NCBI GenBank assembly: GCA_017546725.1
Contig: JAFYRX010000024.1
Span: forward strand, 1,390-65,389
Reading direction: 5' to 3'
Origin: Alistipes sp.
GTDB lineage: Bacteria; Bacteroidota; Bacteroidia; Bacteroidales; Rikenellaceae
Length of the DNA stretch: 64,000 bases
A program made the position numbers and the translations under genes. Below the pieces are notes generated by a model, which did no database searches, had not been told where the DNA came from, and saw nothing but the letters and a program-made list of their open reading frames with translations. Below, in pieces: positions 29,389 through 39,289 of the stretch (the stretch's first letter is position 1; each line of letters starts with the position of its first letter).

Positions 29389-31077
29389 ATGTTGCAAGAG
29401 AATCTAATTAAGATGTATGAGGCGAGTTTTCGTAAGAACCACGACTTGCCCGCATTGAGCGATTATTTTAGTAAAGAGACTTTGACCTATTTGCAGATGG
29501 CAGAGCAGGTCGCTCGTTTACATTTGTTGTTTGACAAGTTAGGCGTCAAGCAGGGTGATAAGATTGCCTTGATTGGCCGTAACAATATAAATTGGTGTAC
29601 CACTTATATCGCTACCATCACCTATGGTGCGGTAATCGTACCCATTCTTCAGGACTTCAATCCCTCGGACGTTGAGAACATTGTAACTCACTCTGAGAGT
29701 AGATTCCTCTTCGCTGGCGAGGTATTTTGGCAGACATTCGACTCTGACCGTATGCCCGACCTGGAGGCTGCTATTACTATCGACAAGTTCAAGGTTGCCT
29801 ACCAGAAGGAGGGCTACACTGCTATGGCCGAGGCTATCGAATCGTTGGACAATGATTTCGCAGAGGCTTATCCGCAGGGCTTTACCACCGCAGACATCAA
29901 GTACAAGGATGTACCCAACGAGCAGATGATTCTGCTGAACTATACTTCGGGTACAACCGGCTCTTCAAAGGGTGTTATGTTGTCGGTTAATAACCTGACG
30001 GGTAATATGGTATTTGCCCGCGATATGATTAACCCCGAGACTGGCAAGACCTATTTCCACGCTGGAGGTCGCGCGCTTTCTTTCCTGCCTTTGGCTCACG
30101 CCTATGGTTGCGCATTCGATTTCTTGGCACAGTTAGTCGTAGGTGGTCACATCACACTGTTGGGCCGTATGCCGTCACCCACGATTTTGGTGGAGGCTAT
30201 GAAGAACGTGAAGCCGACTATCGTATGTAGCGTACCTCTGGTGCTTGAGAAGGTATATCGCAAGATGATTATGCCTATGCTGGAGAAGGGCCCAATGAGT
30301 ATTGCGATGAAGATTCCTTTTGTAAACACAGCACTCTACGCCATCATCAAGACTAAACTTATGGAGTCATTCGGCGGCGAGGTACAGATATTTATCGTAG
30401 GTGGCGCACCTATGAATCAGGAGACCGAGTCATTCCTGCGCAAGATTAACTTCCCCATTACTATCGGATATGGTATGACCGAGTGTGCTCCGCTTATCAG
30501 TTTCTCACTCCCGACAGAGTTCAAGGCCGGCTCTTGCGGTAAGAACCTCGACGGCATTATGACTGCAAAGATTGATTCACGCGACCCGCAGAACATCTCG
30601 GGCGAGATTTTGGTTAAGGGCGAGAACGTGATGATGGGCTACTACAAGAATGAGGAGGCCACATCGGCTGTATTGGATGCCGACGGCTGGTTGCACACTG
30701 GCGATATGGGCGTAATGGACGAGGATGGCACTATCTACATCAAGGGCCGTTGCAAGACTATGATTCTTACAGGTTCAGGTCAGAACATCTACCCCGAGGA
30801 GATTGAGGATAAACTCAACAACCTGCCTTTAGTAATGGAGTCACTGATTGTCGAGCGCAAGGGTGTGTTGGTTGCTCTTATAGTTCCCGACTACGACCAG
30901 GCAAAGCAGGAGGGTATCGTTGGCGACGCCTTGACTGCGATGATGGATGATAATATCAAGACGCTCAATACACAGGTAGCATCTTACGAGAAGGTTGCCC
31001 GCTACGAGATTATGAAGTCAGAGTTCGAGAAGACTCCCAAGCGCAGTATCAAGCGTTACCTCTATTGGGATAAATAG
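29389..31077 (+). CDS. Long-chain fatty acid-CoA ligase (AMP-binding)
   Basis: YTSGTTGSSKGVML, GYGMTEC, WLHTGDMG, NIYPEEIE. Confidence 0.93.
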   Translation: MLQENLIKMYEASFRKNHDLPALSDYFSKETLTYLQMAEQVARLHLLFDKLGVKQGDKIALIGRNNINWCTTYIATITYGAVIVPILQDFNPSDVENIVTHSESRFLFAGEVFWQTFDSDRMPDLEAAITIDKFKVAYQKEGYTAMAEAIESLDNDFAEAYPQGFTTADIKYKDVPNEQMILLNYTSGTTGSSKGVMLSVNNLTGNMVFARDMINPETGKTYFHAGGRALSFLPLAHAYGCAFDFLAQLVVGGHITLLGRMPSPTILVEAMKNVKPTIVCSVPLVLEKVYRKMIMPMLEKGPMSIAMKIPFVNTALYAIIKTKLMESFGGEVQIFIVGGAPMNQETESFLRKINFPITIGYGMTECAPLISFSLPTEFKAGSCGKNLDGIMTAKIDSRDPQNISGEILVKGENVMMGYYKNEEATSAVLDADGWLHTGDMGVMDEDGTIYIKGRCKTMILTGSGQNIYPEEIEDKLNNLPLVMESLIVERKGVLVALIVPDYDQAKQEGIVGDALTAMMDDNIKTLNTQVASYEKVARYEIMKSEFEKTPKRSIKRYLYWDK

Positions 31078-31094
31078 TCAAAAGGCACATAATT

Positions 31095-31140
31095 CAACAA
31101 AATAGGCTACCGCCCGAAAGGATGGTAGCCTATTTTGTTG
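31095..31140. terminator. Strong bidirectional terminator
   Basis: CAACAAAATAGGCTACC...GGTAGCCTATTTTGTTG, 17-bp stem. Confidence 0.8.
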
Positions 31141-31154
31141 TGTATGCAGTGTTT

Positions 31155-32321
31155 TTACATCTCGTAAACCGCCAATTTCCAGTGTTTCATATTGGGCTTC
31201 TTTTTATCACTATTACCGTATATTCTTGAGTGGCTGTTTACCGAAGTTCCCATAATATTACTATTCATCAAGCGTCTTCCGATGTAGATTTTCTCCTTTC
31301 CATTAGTATAGAACTTATACTCCACATCTCTTACGTTGGCAGTGATTTCACCCGATGTCCCTTTGCGAGAGGTAATCTCTATCACTTGACCAGCACACTC
31401 TAATCTGCCTGAAGGAAGGTTTGTTTTATTTTTTTTCAAAGCCAATAGCAATACGCCTAATTTGCTAATTTGCGCCTTGAAGGTATATTTAGCAGACTTG
31501 CCCACAGGAGGCATAAACGAGAAGTCGGTGAGTTGATATGTGATGCCATTGCGTTGAGCCTCTGCCTCATAGGGGGCAGGGAATATCGAGGCCTGCACCT
31601 CATAACCCGCATCGGTCAGAGCCTTGCAAAACTGCGGGGTATAGAGTTTGTAGTTCATTGTCGAGATACCGCAGTGGCCACCAATCTGCTTTAGGCGGGC
31701 AATGTTCTCCTCTGCCGTACCGTCGTTTATGGCAAGTAAGATTGTGCAGTCGGAGAACTTACGCACCTTCTGCATATGCTCTACGCCTCCCGTAAAACAT
31801 ATCCAATCATTGCCAAACATCTTCTGCGCCACCTCGTAAGACTCCCATACTGCGCTATGCAACATAGGGATAATACCTTGACGCTTACACTCCTCCAGCA
31901 ACTCCTCCAACGTAGGAATGGGCGTACGCAATTCGGGATTAGCCGACTCCAGCACATAGTCTCGACGCAACTCCTCAAAGGTAAGGTCCGCCAGACGGAC
32001 AGGCTTATCCAATTTAGAGTAGTCGGCTGCATTTCTTGCTGTACGGTTGAGCGTAGCATCGTGCAGGATGACCATACGCTTATCCTTAGTGTAATGCACA
32101 TCACATTCGATGCCCACATAGCCCATACGCTTGGCCATAGCGACAGCCGCTACACTATTTTCGGGAATGACAAATTCACCCTCGGCGTTCTTACTCCAGC
32201 AACCTCTGTGAGCAAACATTGTTGGGAATTGTTGTTTCTTGTCACTAGGTTTCGCCTCGATGTCGGTTACGCAGCAAATAGCGATAACCAAAAATAAAAT
32301 TGTTGTTAAAAATCGTCTCAT
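31155..32321 (-). CDS. Secreted glycerophosphodiester phosphodiesterase (GDPD) family protein
   Basis: FAHRG, PENS, IECDVHYTKD, ILHDATL.RT, IPTLEE; signal peptide from ATG 32321. Confidence 0.88.
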   Translation of the reverse strand: MRRFLTTILFLVIAICCVTDIEAKPSDKKQQFPTMFAHRGCWSKNAEGEFVIPENSVAAVAMAKRMGYVGIECDVHYTKDKRMVILHDATLNRTARNAADYSKLDKPVRLADLTFEELRRDYVLESANPELRTPIPTLEELLEECKRQGIIPMLHSAVWESYEVAQKMFGNDWICFTGGVEHMQKVRKFSDCTILLAINDGTAEENIARLKQIGGHCGISTMNYKLYTPQFCKALTDAGYEVQASIFPAPYEAEAQRNGITYQLTDFSFMPPVGKSAKYTFKAQISKLGVLLLALKKNKTNLPSGRLECAGQVIEITSRKGTSGEITANVRDVEYKFYTNGKEKIYIGRRLMNSNIMGTSVNSHSRIYGNSDKKKPNMKHWKLAVYEM

Positions 32322-32458
32322 TGTAGTAGTCTGTTTCAGCAAAAATACGAAAAATTTCCCATTCCTACATATAGTACGACAAAAGAGCAATTTTGTAACA
32401 TCGAAAATGAAAAAAATTTTTATCTTTGCTATGAATTTACCTTAAAACCAAGATACTG

Positions 32459-33577
32459 ATGATTGACCGAAAGATTTGTCGCCGCGATTTCCTACGAATG
32501 ATGGCCGCCGCAACAGCTGCTGCTACGCTTGCCCCGTCAGTCTTAGATGCTGCCAACTCGGATTCGGCAGCCCCTGCCCCACTACCTGCAAAGAAGATGC
32601 CTCAATGGAAGGGATTTAACTTGCTGAATAAGTTTAATCCCGACGCACAGTCGCCTTTCGATGAGAAGGATTTTGAGATTATGGCCGAGTGGGGATTTAA
32701 CTTTGCTCGCATCCCATTGTCATATTGGTGCTGGAGTTCGCAGGATGATTGGTACAAGGTAGATGAAAAAAACTTGAAAGAGATAGACCGCGTAGTAGAG
32801 TTCGGTAAGCAATACAAGATTCACGTTAACTTGAATTTCCACCGTGCTCCTGGCTACTGCATCAATCCACCACACGAAAAGGCAAAATTATTTGAAGAGG
32901 AGGAGCCGCTGAAGGCGTGCGAGTATCATTGGCGAATGTTTGCCGAACGATATAAATCCTACTCGTCAAAATATTTGAGTTTTAACCTTATCAACGAGGC
33001 TCCATCGATTGAAGATGCCAAGTACGAAAAGGTAGCACGTCGTCTGATTAAGGCTATACGCGACGTAAGTCCCAAGCGAACAATCATCGTAGATGGACTG
33101 GATGTAGGTAATCGCCCGTTGATGGCATTGACGGATGTCGATAATATCATCCAAAGCGGACGAGGTTATCAGCCTATGCTTATCTCGCATTACGAGGCAA
33201 GTTGGGTATATGGCAATGGACCGATGTATTACCCAAAGGAGAAGTTATCGTGGCCACTCAACGAGAATGGCAAGATATACGACAAGGAGTGGTTGCGCCA
33301 AACCTTAAAACGTAATTGGATGCCTTGGATTGAGGCAGGCGGTGCTGTGCATATCGGCGAGTTTGGTTGTCACAACCGCACGCCGCACGATGTGGCTCTC
33401 GCGTGGTTGAAGGACCAATTTGATTTGTTTGAGGAGAACGGCTGGGGATGGTCTTTGTGGAATCTCTACGGCTCGTTTGGCGTGCTGGATAGCGGACGCC
33501 GTGATGTAAAGTACGAGAATTACAAAGGTCACAAACTTGACAGACGAATGATGGAGTTACTGATGCAGTATAAGTAA
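32459..33577 (+). CDS. Glycoside hydrolase family 5 (GH5_36-like) with Tat signal peptide
   Basis: RRDFLR Tat motif; WKGFNL, FNFARIP, HRAPGY, FNLINEA acid/base, IGEFG nucleophile; promoter TATCTTTG at 32421-32428. Confidence 0.9.
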   Translation: MIDRKICRRDFLRMMAAATAAATLAPSVLDAANSDSAAPAPLPAKKMPQWKGFNLLNKFNPDAQSPFDEKDFEIMAEWGFNFARIPLSYWCWSSQDDWYKVDEKNLKEIDRVVEFGKQYKIHVNLNFHRAPGYCINPPHEKAKLFEEEEPLKACEYHWRMFAERYKSYSSKYLSFNLINEAPSIEDAKYEKVARRLIKAIRDVSPKRTIIVDGLDVGNRPLMALTDVDNIIQSGRGYQPMLISHYEASWVYGNGPMYYPKEKLSWPLNENGKIYDKEWLRQTLKRNWMPWIEAGGAVHIGEFGCHNRTPHDVALAWLKDQFDLFEENGWGWSLWNLYGSFGVLDSGRRDVKYENYKGHKLDRRMMELLMQYK

Positions 33578-33608
33578 TTACTCGTGAATAGTATTTAATG
33601 AAAGCAGT

Positions 33609-34697
33609 ATGGAAATAAAGAAGGTTACGACCAACAAACCCGTAATCGGCGAAAATGTCCTATACCTTCTAGTATGGGGTGCAGTGGTTCTAGTACCGAT
33701 CCTTAACTCGAAGATGATGTCCGAGGAGCACATCTATCTGGTTAATCTTATGACGGTATGGAGCAAATTGCTGCCCTACATTTTCATATTTATTATGCAC
33801 AACAACCTGCTAGTGCCTAAACTACTATTGAAACGACGCTACTTACTATATGTGCTCCTGTCGATAGCAATGCTCGTTGCACTCTTCTACCCGATGGAGT
33901 ATTACCAGGATTCGTTGCGCCGATTACCGTATGCTGGAGGTGACCTTTATGTCGTTCACGGACGCGCTTCATTCACTGACCTTGCTTGGTATTGGAATGT
34001 GTTGTTGGGAGTCTTTATGATGGGTGCAAACATAGGTATCAAATTTATCTTTATGTCGATTCAGACCGACCAACGAATGGAGGCCCTCGAAAAGCAGAGT
34101 CTGCAGGCTGAGATGGATTATCTGAAGTATCAGATTAACCCGCACTTCTTTATGAATACACTGAACAACATTCACGCGCTGATTGATATCGACACCGAGG
34201 CTGCCAAAGACACCGTCATAGAGTTATCGAAGATGATGCGTTATGTGTTGTATGATTCCGAGAATGCAGCAACAAACCTAGTAAGCGAGATGCGTTTCAT
34301 AGAGAATTACATAGCCTTGATGCGTATCAGATATACCGACAACGTTGATGTTCGCTTTACTGTACACGACACTGTACGTCCTACGGCAAAAGTACCGCCT
34401 CTACTCTTTATCGTGCTTGTCGAGAACGCATTTAAACACGGTGTAAGTTACAACAAGCCATCGTATGTCAATATTGACGTATGGTGTGATGAGAAGCAGG
34501 TATCGTGTCAAGTACAAAATTCGCGTCACGAACAAGCCGCCATCTCGAAACAATCGACAAAGAGTAGCGGTATGGGACTTGACAACATCCGTAAACGACT
34601 CGATTTATTGTTTGGAGAAGAGTATAACCTCGCAATAGATGACTCCAACAAAGAGCAATATACCATAAAACTTACCATCCCTATTAAAAATGATTAG
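33609..34697 (+). CDS. LytS-type membrane sensor histidine kinase
   Basis: TM N-terminus, LKYQINPHFFMNTLNNI, VENAFKHG, GMGLDNIRKRL. Confidence 0.93.
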   Translation: MEIKKVTTNKPVIGENVLYLLVWGAVVLVPILNSKMMSEEHIYLVNLMTVWSKLLPYIFIFIMHNNLLVPKLLLKRRYLLYVLLSIAMLVALFYPMEYYQDSLRRLPYAGGDLYVVHGRASFTDLAWYWNVLLGVFMMGANIGIKFIFMSIQTDQRMEALEKQSLQAEMDYLKYQINPHFFMNTLNNIHALIDIDTEAAKDTVIELSKMMRYVLYDSENAATNLVSEMRFIENYIALMRIRYTDNVDVRFTVHDTVRPTAKVPPLLFIVLVENAFKHGVSYNKPSYVNIDVWCDEKQVSCQVQNSRHEQAAISKQSTKSSGMGLDNIRKRLDLLFGEEYNLAIDDSNKEQYTIKLTIPIKND

Positions 34698-35445
34698 ATG
34701 TATAGCCATAGATGACGAGCCGTTGGCTCTGCGTCAAATAAAGAGTTATATCGAGCGATTGCCGCAGTTGCAGTTGTGTTCGTTGTGCAGTAGCGCCTAT
34801 CAGGCTCAAGAGGCATTGACGTCGGAGAGCGTTGACTTGATTTTCGTCGATATCAATATGCCCGATATGAGCGGTGTGGATTTCGTAAGAGGGCTGCAGT
34901 CGCCACCGATGGTGATTTTCACGACAGCCTACTCGGAATATGCCGTCGAGGGATTTCGTCTCGATGCCGTAGATTACCTGCTCAAGCCGTTCTCGTTTGC
35001 CGATTTTGAGAGAGCCGTCAATAAAGCTGCCTCATTGTTTGAATTGAAGCAACTGCGCGACTCGCAGCAAGTAACAACCGAGACCACACCTGCTACCGAA
35101 AGCGACAGCAACGAGTACATCTCAATAAAAGCCGATTACAAAGTATCGCTTGTACGTTATTCCGACATTATATACATTGAGAGTGTCGGAGAGTATGTAC
35201 GTCTGCATCTGGTAAATGCCTCGCCCATCACTACTCTCTTCCGATTGAAAAATATGGAGACGGCACTACCAGCCGACAGGTTTATGCGCGTTCATCGCTC
35301 CTATATCATCAATCTGGAGCACGTCGCAGCATACGCTCGTGGCAGAGTATATCTCGACAACGAGGAGTACGTACCCATTAGTGGCAACTATCGTGACACT
35401 TTCCGCGAGTACATCAACAAGATGCATCCAAAAGCGCAAGTATAA
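34690..35445 (+). CDS. LytTR family response regulator
   Basis: IDDEPLA, DINMPD, FTTAY, DYLLKP, FMRVHRSYIIN. Confidence 0.95.
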   Translation: MIRCIAIDDEPLALRQIKSYIERLPQLQLCSLCSSAYQAQEALTSESVDLIFVDINMPDMSGVDFVRGLQSPPMVIFTTAYSEYAVEGFRLDAVDYLLKPFSFADFERAVNKAASLFELKQLRDSQQVTTETTPATESDSNEYISIKADYKVSLVRYSDIIYIESVGEYVRLHLVNASPITTLFRLKNMETALPADRFMRVHRSYIINLEHVAAYARGRVYLDNEEYVPISGNYRDTFREYINKMHPKAQV

Positions 35446-35502
35446 TCTGCATCAGGGGATGATTAAAAACAAATCAGAATAAAACTTAAAACTATATAAC
35501 AG

Positions 35503-36639
35503 ATGATTACAAAAGAGACAAACCGCATCGTTTGGGTAGATTTACTGCGACTTATCGCGATGCTGATGGTCATAACCGCCCACTGTACTGATATGTATAA
35601 TGCCAGACCTCAAGAGGACCCAATGGCAGGCTTCTGGGGTATGTTCATAGGCTCGATGATGCGCCCGAGCGTACCACTGTTTGCTATGATGACAGGTTTG
35701 TTGTTGCTGCCCGTCAAAGCGTCACCTTCGGAGTTTTATCGCAAACGCATACCACGAGTAGTGATACCGATGGTATTGTGGTCGGTATTATACTATTTGG
35801 TGCCTTGGTTTACTGGATTGATGGGATTGGATAAATCTATAATCAGCGTTATGTTCCCCTACGTCTATGAGCCTTCGCAGGAGTTGGGCGCTACACTGAA
35901 AAATATAGCGCAGATACCTTTTACCTTCAACTTCTACACTACGCATATGTGGTATATCTATATGCTCATAGGATTGTATCTGCTTATGCCGTTCTTCTCG
36001 GCGTGGGTTAAGATGAATGACAAGGCTCTGACCAAGACCTACCTGATTTTATGGGGTATATCATTGCTCCTACCATATCTAATGCAGGTCATCTCGCCCT
36101 TTATCTTCGGTACTTGCCACTGGAATGCTTACGGTACGTTCCACTATTTCGCTGGATTTACGGGCTACCTATTGCTCGGTCACTTGATGGCCAAAGGCAA
36201 CTCGCTTGCTACCCGCAAGGTTGTCGCATTGGGCATAATAATGTACTTGGCAGGATATGCCGTTACATATTTTGGATTCTCTACAATCGGTGCCAAATAC
36301 ACCTATGCTGAGGCACCCGAACTGACACAACTATTCTGGTTATTCTGTACACCGAACGTAGCGCTTATGGCTTTAGGCGTATTTATGATTGTGCAACGCA
36401 TAAAGATTACTTCACCCAAAGTGCAGGCCATACTTGCCAATACTACAAAATGCAGTTTTGGAGCATATCTGATGCACTACATACTGATTGGACCGATTAT
36501 CATATTGCTTGCGCCGCTGAAACTGCCAACCGTATTATGCGTTATTTGCAGCGTGATACTCGTATTCGGTTCGTGCTGGGCGTTGACTGCACTGATATAC
36601 AAAATCGCACCGAAATGGGCTAAATACATTGTGGGATAA
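35503..36639 (+). CDS. Acyltransferase_3 family membrane acyltransferase
   Basis: RIVWVDLLRLIAMLMVITAH, VPLFAMMTG, HMWYIY, SFGAYLMH. Confidence 0.88.
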   Translation: MITKETNRIVWVDLLRLIAMLMVITAHCTDMYNARPQEDPMAGFWGMFIGSMMRPSVPLFAMMTGLLLLPVKASPSEFYRKRIPRVVIPMVLWSVLYYLVPWFTGLMGLDKSIISVMFPYVYEPSQELGATLKNIAQIPFTFNFYTTHMWYIYMLIGLYLLMPFFSAWVKMNDKALTKTYLILWGISLLLPYLMQVISPFIFGTCHWNAYGTFHYFAGFTGYLLLGHLMAKGNSLATRKVVALGIIMYLAGYAVTYFGFSTIGAKYTYAEAPELTQLFWLFCTPNVALMALGVFMIVQRIKITSPKVQAILANTTKCSFGAYLMHYILIGPIIILLAPLKLPTVLCVICSVILVFGSCWALTALIYKIAPKWAKYIVG

Positions 36640-36668
36640 TACAAGCAACCACCTATATAAGTGGGGCT

Positions 36669-37115
36669 TTATCCGAGATTGGGGAAAGTGGTTAGCGCCG
36701 TATAGCCCTCGCTGCAATGCTCATAGCAATAATGCTCCATACCGTTAGTTAGGATGATATAGCGGGCATTCACTACAGCATTGTAGCGTGTGGCCTGCTC
36801 AAATACGGCACTATCAATTTTAACATCGGGAGCCTTGCACTCTACCAGAGCAAGCGGCTGTGCACTATTGTCCATCACAACCACATCGGCACGCTGGGCC
36901 GTAGAATTTATATTGACAGGATACTCCTCTACGATGGATAGTTGTGGCGCGTGACAATGCGATATGAGGTACTCGACCAAATGACGACGCACCCACTCCT
37001 CGGGAGTCAGTACGACATACATACGACGAATGTTATCGAACACCATAATGCGTCCATTATCGCGTGTAGCACGCAAATTTATGGGTGGAAAATTTAGTTT
37101 TGGCGTTGAATTCAT
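36669..37115 (-). CDS. Stand-alone HsdR N-terminal-like (HSDR_N_2) domain protein
   Basis: LTPEEWVR, RADVV, VECKAP, Q..RYN, LTNG. Confidence 0.85.
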   Translation of the reverse strand: MNSTPKLNFPPINLRATRDNGRIMVFDNIRRMYVVLTPEEWVRRHLVEYLISHCHAPQLSIVEEYPVNINSTAQRADVVVMDNSAQPLALVECKAPDVKIDSAVFEQATRYNAVVNARYIILTNGMEHYCYEHCSEGYTALTTFPNLG

Positions 37116-37135
37116 CGTATAAATAAAATTTTTTA

Positions 37136-37166
37136 TAACTTTGGCCTTACAAATATAGCAAATATA
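37136..37166. promoter_or_regulatory. Overlapping divergent -7 elements
   Basis: TAACTTTG plus (37136-37143); TATATTTG minus (37150-37157 and 37159-37166). Confidence 0.5.
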
Positions 37167-37174
37167 AGCGAGAT

Positions 37175-38503
37175 ATGAAACGCATTTTATCAATCATAGC
37201 ACTTTTTGCACTCTCTGTGCAGATGTTGTCGGCACAGGAGTATGACTCCCCAGAGTATGTATCTTTGGGTAGAGAGTTGCCGCGTGCAAAGACCGTTGCC
37301 TACCCCACTGCTGGCGAGGCACAGGCTTTGGGCGCTGGTGCGGTATCCTCAAAGTATCTGCGTCCCATCACCAAGTGGGAGCGTACGGAGGAGGCCGATG
37401 CAGTGGTATTTACATCGAAGTATGTAATTCCTTTCGTATGGTTAAGCCGTTTGGCTATACTCTATGTCGATGAGGCATCAGGCGCCTACGAGGTATTAAT
37501 CAACGGCAAGAAGGTAGGTTATTCTGCAAACGCATTCACACCCGCAGAGTTTAACATCACCAAGGTATCGAAGGAGGAGACCAACACAATCTCTATCCGT
37601 GTCTTGAAGGAGCATTGGAGCCGTAAGATGGAGTGTTTTAACAAGAATACCGAGCCGCGTATCGGTGACGTTTATGTTACTTCGCAGCCCACAATCCGTG
37701 TACGCAACGTTGTACATCGCACAACAGTTGATATGAAGAGTGAGTTGGCAAGTGTCGAGGTAGGAATGGTCGTTAAGACTGAGTCGCTGAACGACAAGAA
37801 GGCTCGTATCCACTACGAACTTATCGCACCCGACACAACCGTCGTTACACACGGATACAAGGATGTTACGCTCGGAATGCGTGGCGAGGATACCGTTAAG
37901 TTTGTGACAAACATTCCTTATGTATATACGTGGTGCGCCGATATGCCTGTGCGTTACCGCTTGAATATCCGCACTCAAATCGAAGGCCGCGACCAGGAAT
38001 TCCAATCACATATGATAGGTTTCCGCACGGTAGAGTGTGACGAGGATGGCAACTTTATGATTAACGGCATCAAGACAGAATTGTTCTACCGCGACTTTGA
38101 CCCGCTAACCGTTACAGAGAAGGATATCATCGCGGCGCGCGTACTTAAATATAACGCTCTGCGATTCGATATGGGCGCAGTTCCGCAGAATGTATATCGT
38201 ATGTGCGATTCGTTGGGTATGTACGTCATAGCGCAGGTGCCTATCAACACTCGCGAGAGCGGTGCTTCGCGTCGCATCGGTGGCAACCCGTCGAATGACC
38301 CGAAATGGAAGAATGCTTTCCTTGACCGTGTAGAAACATCGTATCGTACGACTTGTGGTCAGGCTTGCGTGATTGGCTACGTTATGGCAGAGGACTCGGC
38401 TAATGGTATTAACCTATACGAGAGTTACTTACGCCTAAAATCGCTGGAGAAAACACGCCCCGTATTATACATCGAGGCCGGAGGCGAGTGGAATAGCGAC
38501 TAG
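37175..38503 (+). CDS. Truncated GH2 beta-galactosidase-like secreted protein
   Basis: LacZ-like N-terminus (GRELPRA), INGKKVGYS, PAEFNIT, IGFRTVE, INGI, YRMCDSLGMYV; ends part-way through the TIM barrel. Confidence 0.8.
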   Translation: MKRILSIIALFALSVQMLSAQEYDSPEYVSLGRELPRAKTVAYPTAGEAQALGAGAVSSKYLRPITKWERTEEADAVVFTSKYVIPFVWLSRLAILYVDEASGAYEVLINGKKVGYSANAFTPAEFNITKVSKEETNTISIRVLKEHWSRKMECFNKNTEPRIGDVYVTSQPTIRVRNVVHRTTVDMKSELASVEVGMVVKTESLNDKKARIHYELIAPDTTVVTHGYKDVTLGMRGEDTVKFVTNIPYVYTWCADMPVRYRLNIRTQIEGRDQEFQSHMIGFRTVECDEDGNFMINGIKTELFYRDFDPLTVTEKDIIAARVLKYNALRFDMGAVPQNVYRMCDSLGMYVIAQVPINTRESGASRRIGGNPSNDPKWKNAFLDRVETSYRTTCGQACVIGYVMAEDSANGINLYESYLRLKSLEKTRPVLYIEAGGEWNSD

Positions 38504-38565
38504 CAGAAAAATAAAAAAAATTAAAAAAAGTTTGCAAAAAATTTGCACAGAATAAAAAAGTGCCT

Positions 38566-38573
38566 TATATTTG
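38566..38573 (+). promoter_or_regulatory. tRNA promoter -7 element
   Basis: TATATTTG with upstream TTTG. Confidence 0.65.
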
Positions 38574-38598
38574 CACTCGCAATCAGCAAATGATTGAT

Positions 38599-38671
38599 GC
38601 CTCTTTAGCTCAGTTGGTAGAGCACGACACTCTTAATGTTGGGGTCCAGGGTTCGAGCCCCTGAGGGGGTA
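38599..38671 (+). tRNA. tRNA-Lys(CTT)
   Basis: Cloverleaf: D arm GCTC/GAGC, anticodon arm CGACA-CTCTTAA-TGTTG, T arm CAGGG-TTCGAGC-CCCTG; CCA not encoded. Confidence 0.95.
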
Positions 38672-38698
38672 CAAAAAGCAAACAAAACAAAAGTCGAC

Positions 38699-38728
38699 AG
38701 CCTCTCAGTGTATTCTGAGAGGCTTTTT
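38699..38728 (+). terminator. Terminator after tRNA-Lys
   Basis: AGCCTCTCAG-TGTATT-CTGAGAGGCT followed by TTTT. Confidence 0.8.
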
Positions 38729-38755
38729 GTTTTCAAGCCCTACGCGAAAAGGACC

Positions 38756-38810
38756 AAATTTGCAATCAAATATGCAATCAATACACTTCAACTCAAAAGT
38801 GATTGCAAAT
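38756..38810. repeat. Tandem 12-bp repeat plus an inverted copy (integrase arm-site-like)
   Basis: AAATTTGCAATC AAATATGCAATC (38756-38779) and GATTGCAAAT (38801-38810). Confidence 0.55.
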
Positions 38811-38855
38811 AACGCATAAAGTTACACAAAAGTATTGATTATCGACAGATAAGAT

Positions 38856-39287
38856 ATGGGAGATAAATTCGTACCACACAGCATAGACAACACCAACACA
38901 TTTGAAACTGAGATGTTGGGCGAAGTTAAGGCAGGTTTCCCAAGCCCCGCCGAAGATATTCGCGAAAAGTTGGATTTGATAAAATTGCTCGTAAGGCATA
39001 AGGCATCAACATTCTTCTTTCGCGTCAGTGGCGTGTCGATGGTAGATGCCGCTATGGACGAAGGTGACATAATCATTGTAGATAGAGCCATTGACCCATA
39101 TAACAATTGTAAGGCCGTGTGCTACATCGATGGCGAATACACCGTCAAGCGAGTGGAAATTTCAGACAAAGGCGTTCGACTGATGCCCGCCAACGAAAAT
39201 AATACAGCATACAAACCTATTGAAGTAACACCCGAAAACAACTTTGTAATTTGGGGTGTGGTTACTTGGGTTATTAAGAAGATGTAG
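38856..39287 (+). CDS. umuD: DNA polymerase V subunit UmuD
   Basis: VKAGFPSPA cleavage site, VSGVSM serine, TVKR lysine, IWGVVT. Confidence 0.93.
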   Translation: MGDKFVPHSIDNTNTFETEMLGEVKAGFPSPAEDIREKLDLIKLLVRHKASTFFFRVSGVSMVDAAMDEGDIIIVDRAIDPYNNCKAVCYIDGEYTVKRVEISDKGVRLMPANENNTAYKPIEVTPENNFVIWGVVTWVIKKM

Positions 39288-39289
39288 AG

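Noticed and set aside
36669-37115. HsdR-like gene as a restriction/defence system explaining the CATG avoidance
   Set aside because: It is only a ~150-aa N-terminal domain with no hsdM, hsdS or helicase; such solo proteins are common in Bacteroidetes, and type I systems do not recognise 4-bp palindromes.
38730-38856. LexA box upstream of umuD
   Set aside because: No convincing SOS-box-like palindrome was found; the repeats present look more like arm sites.
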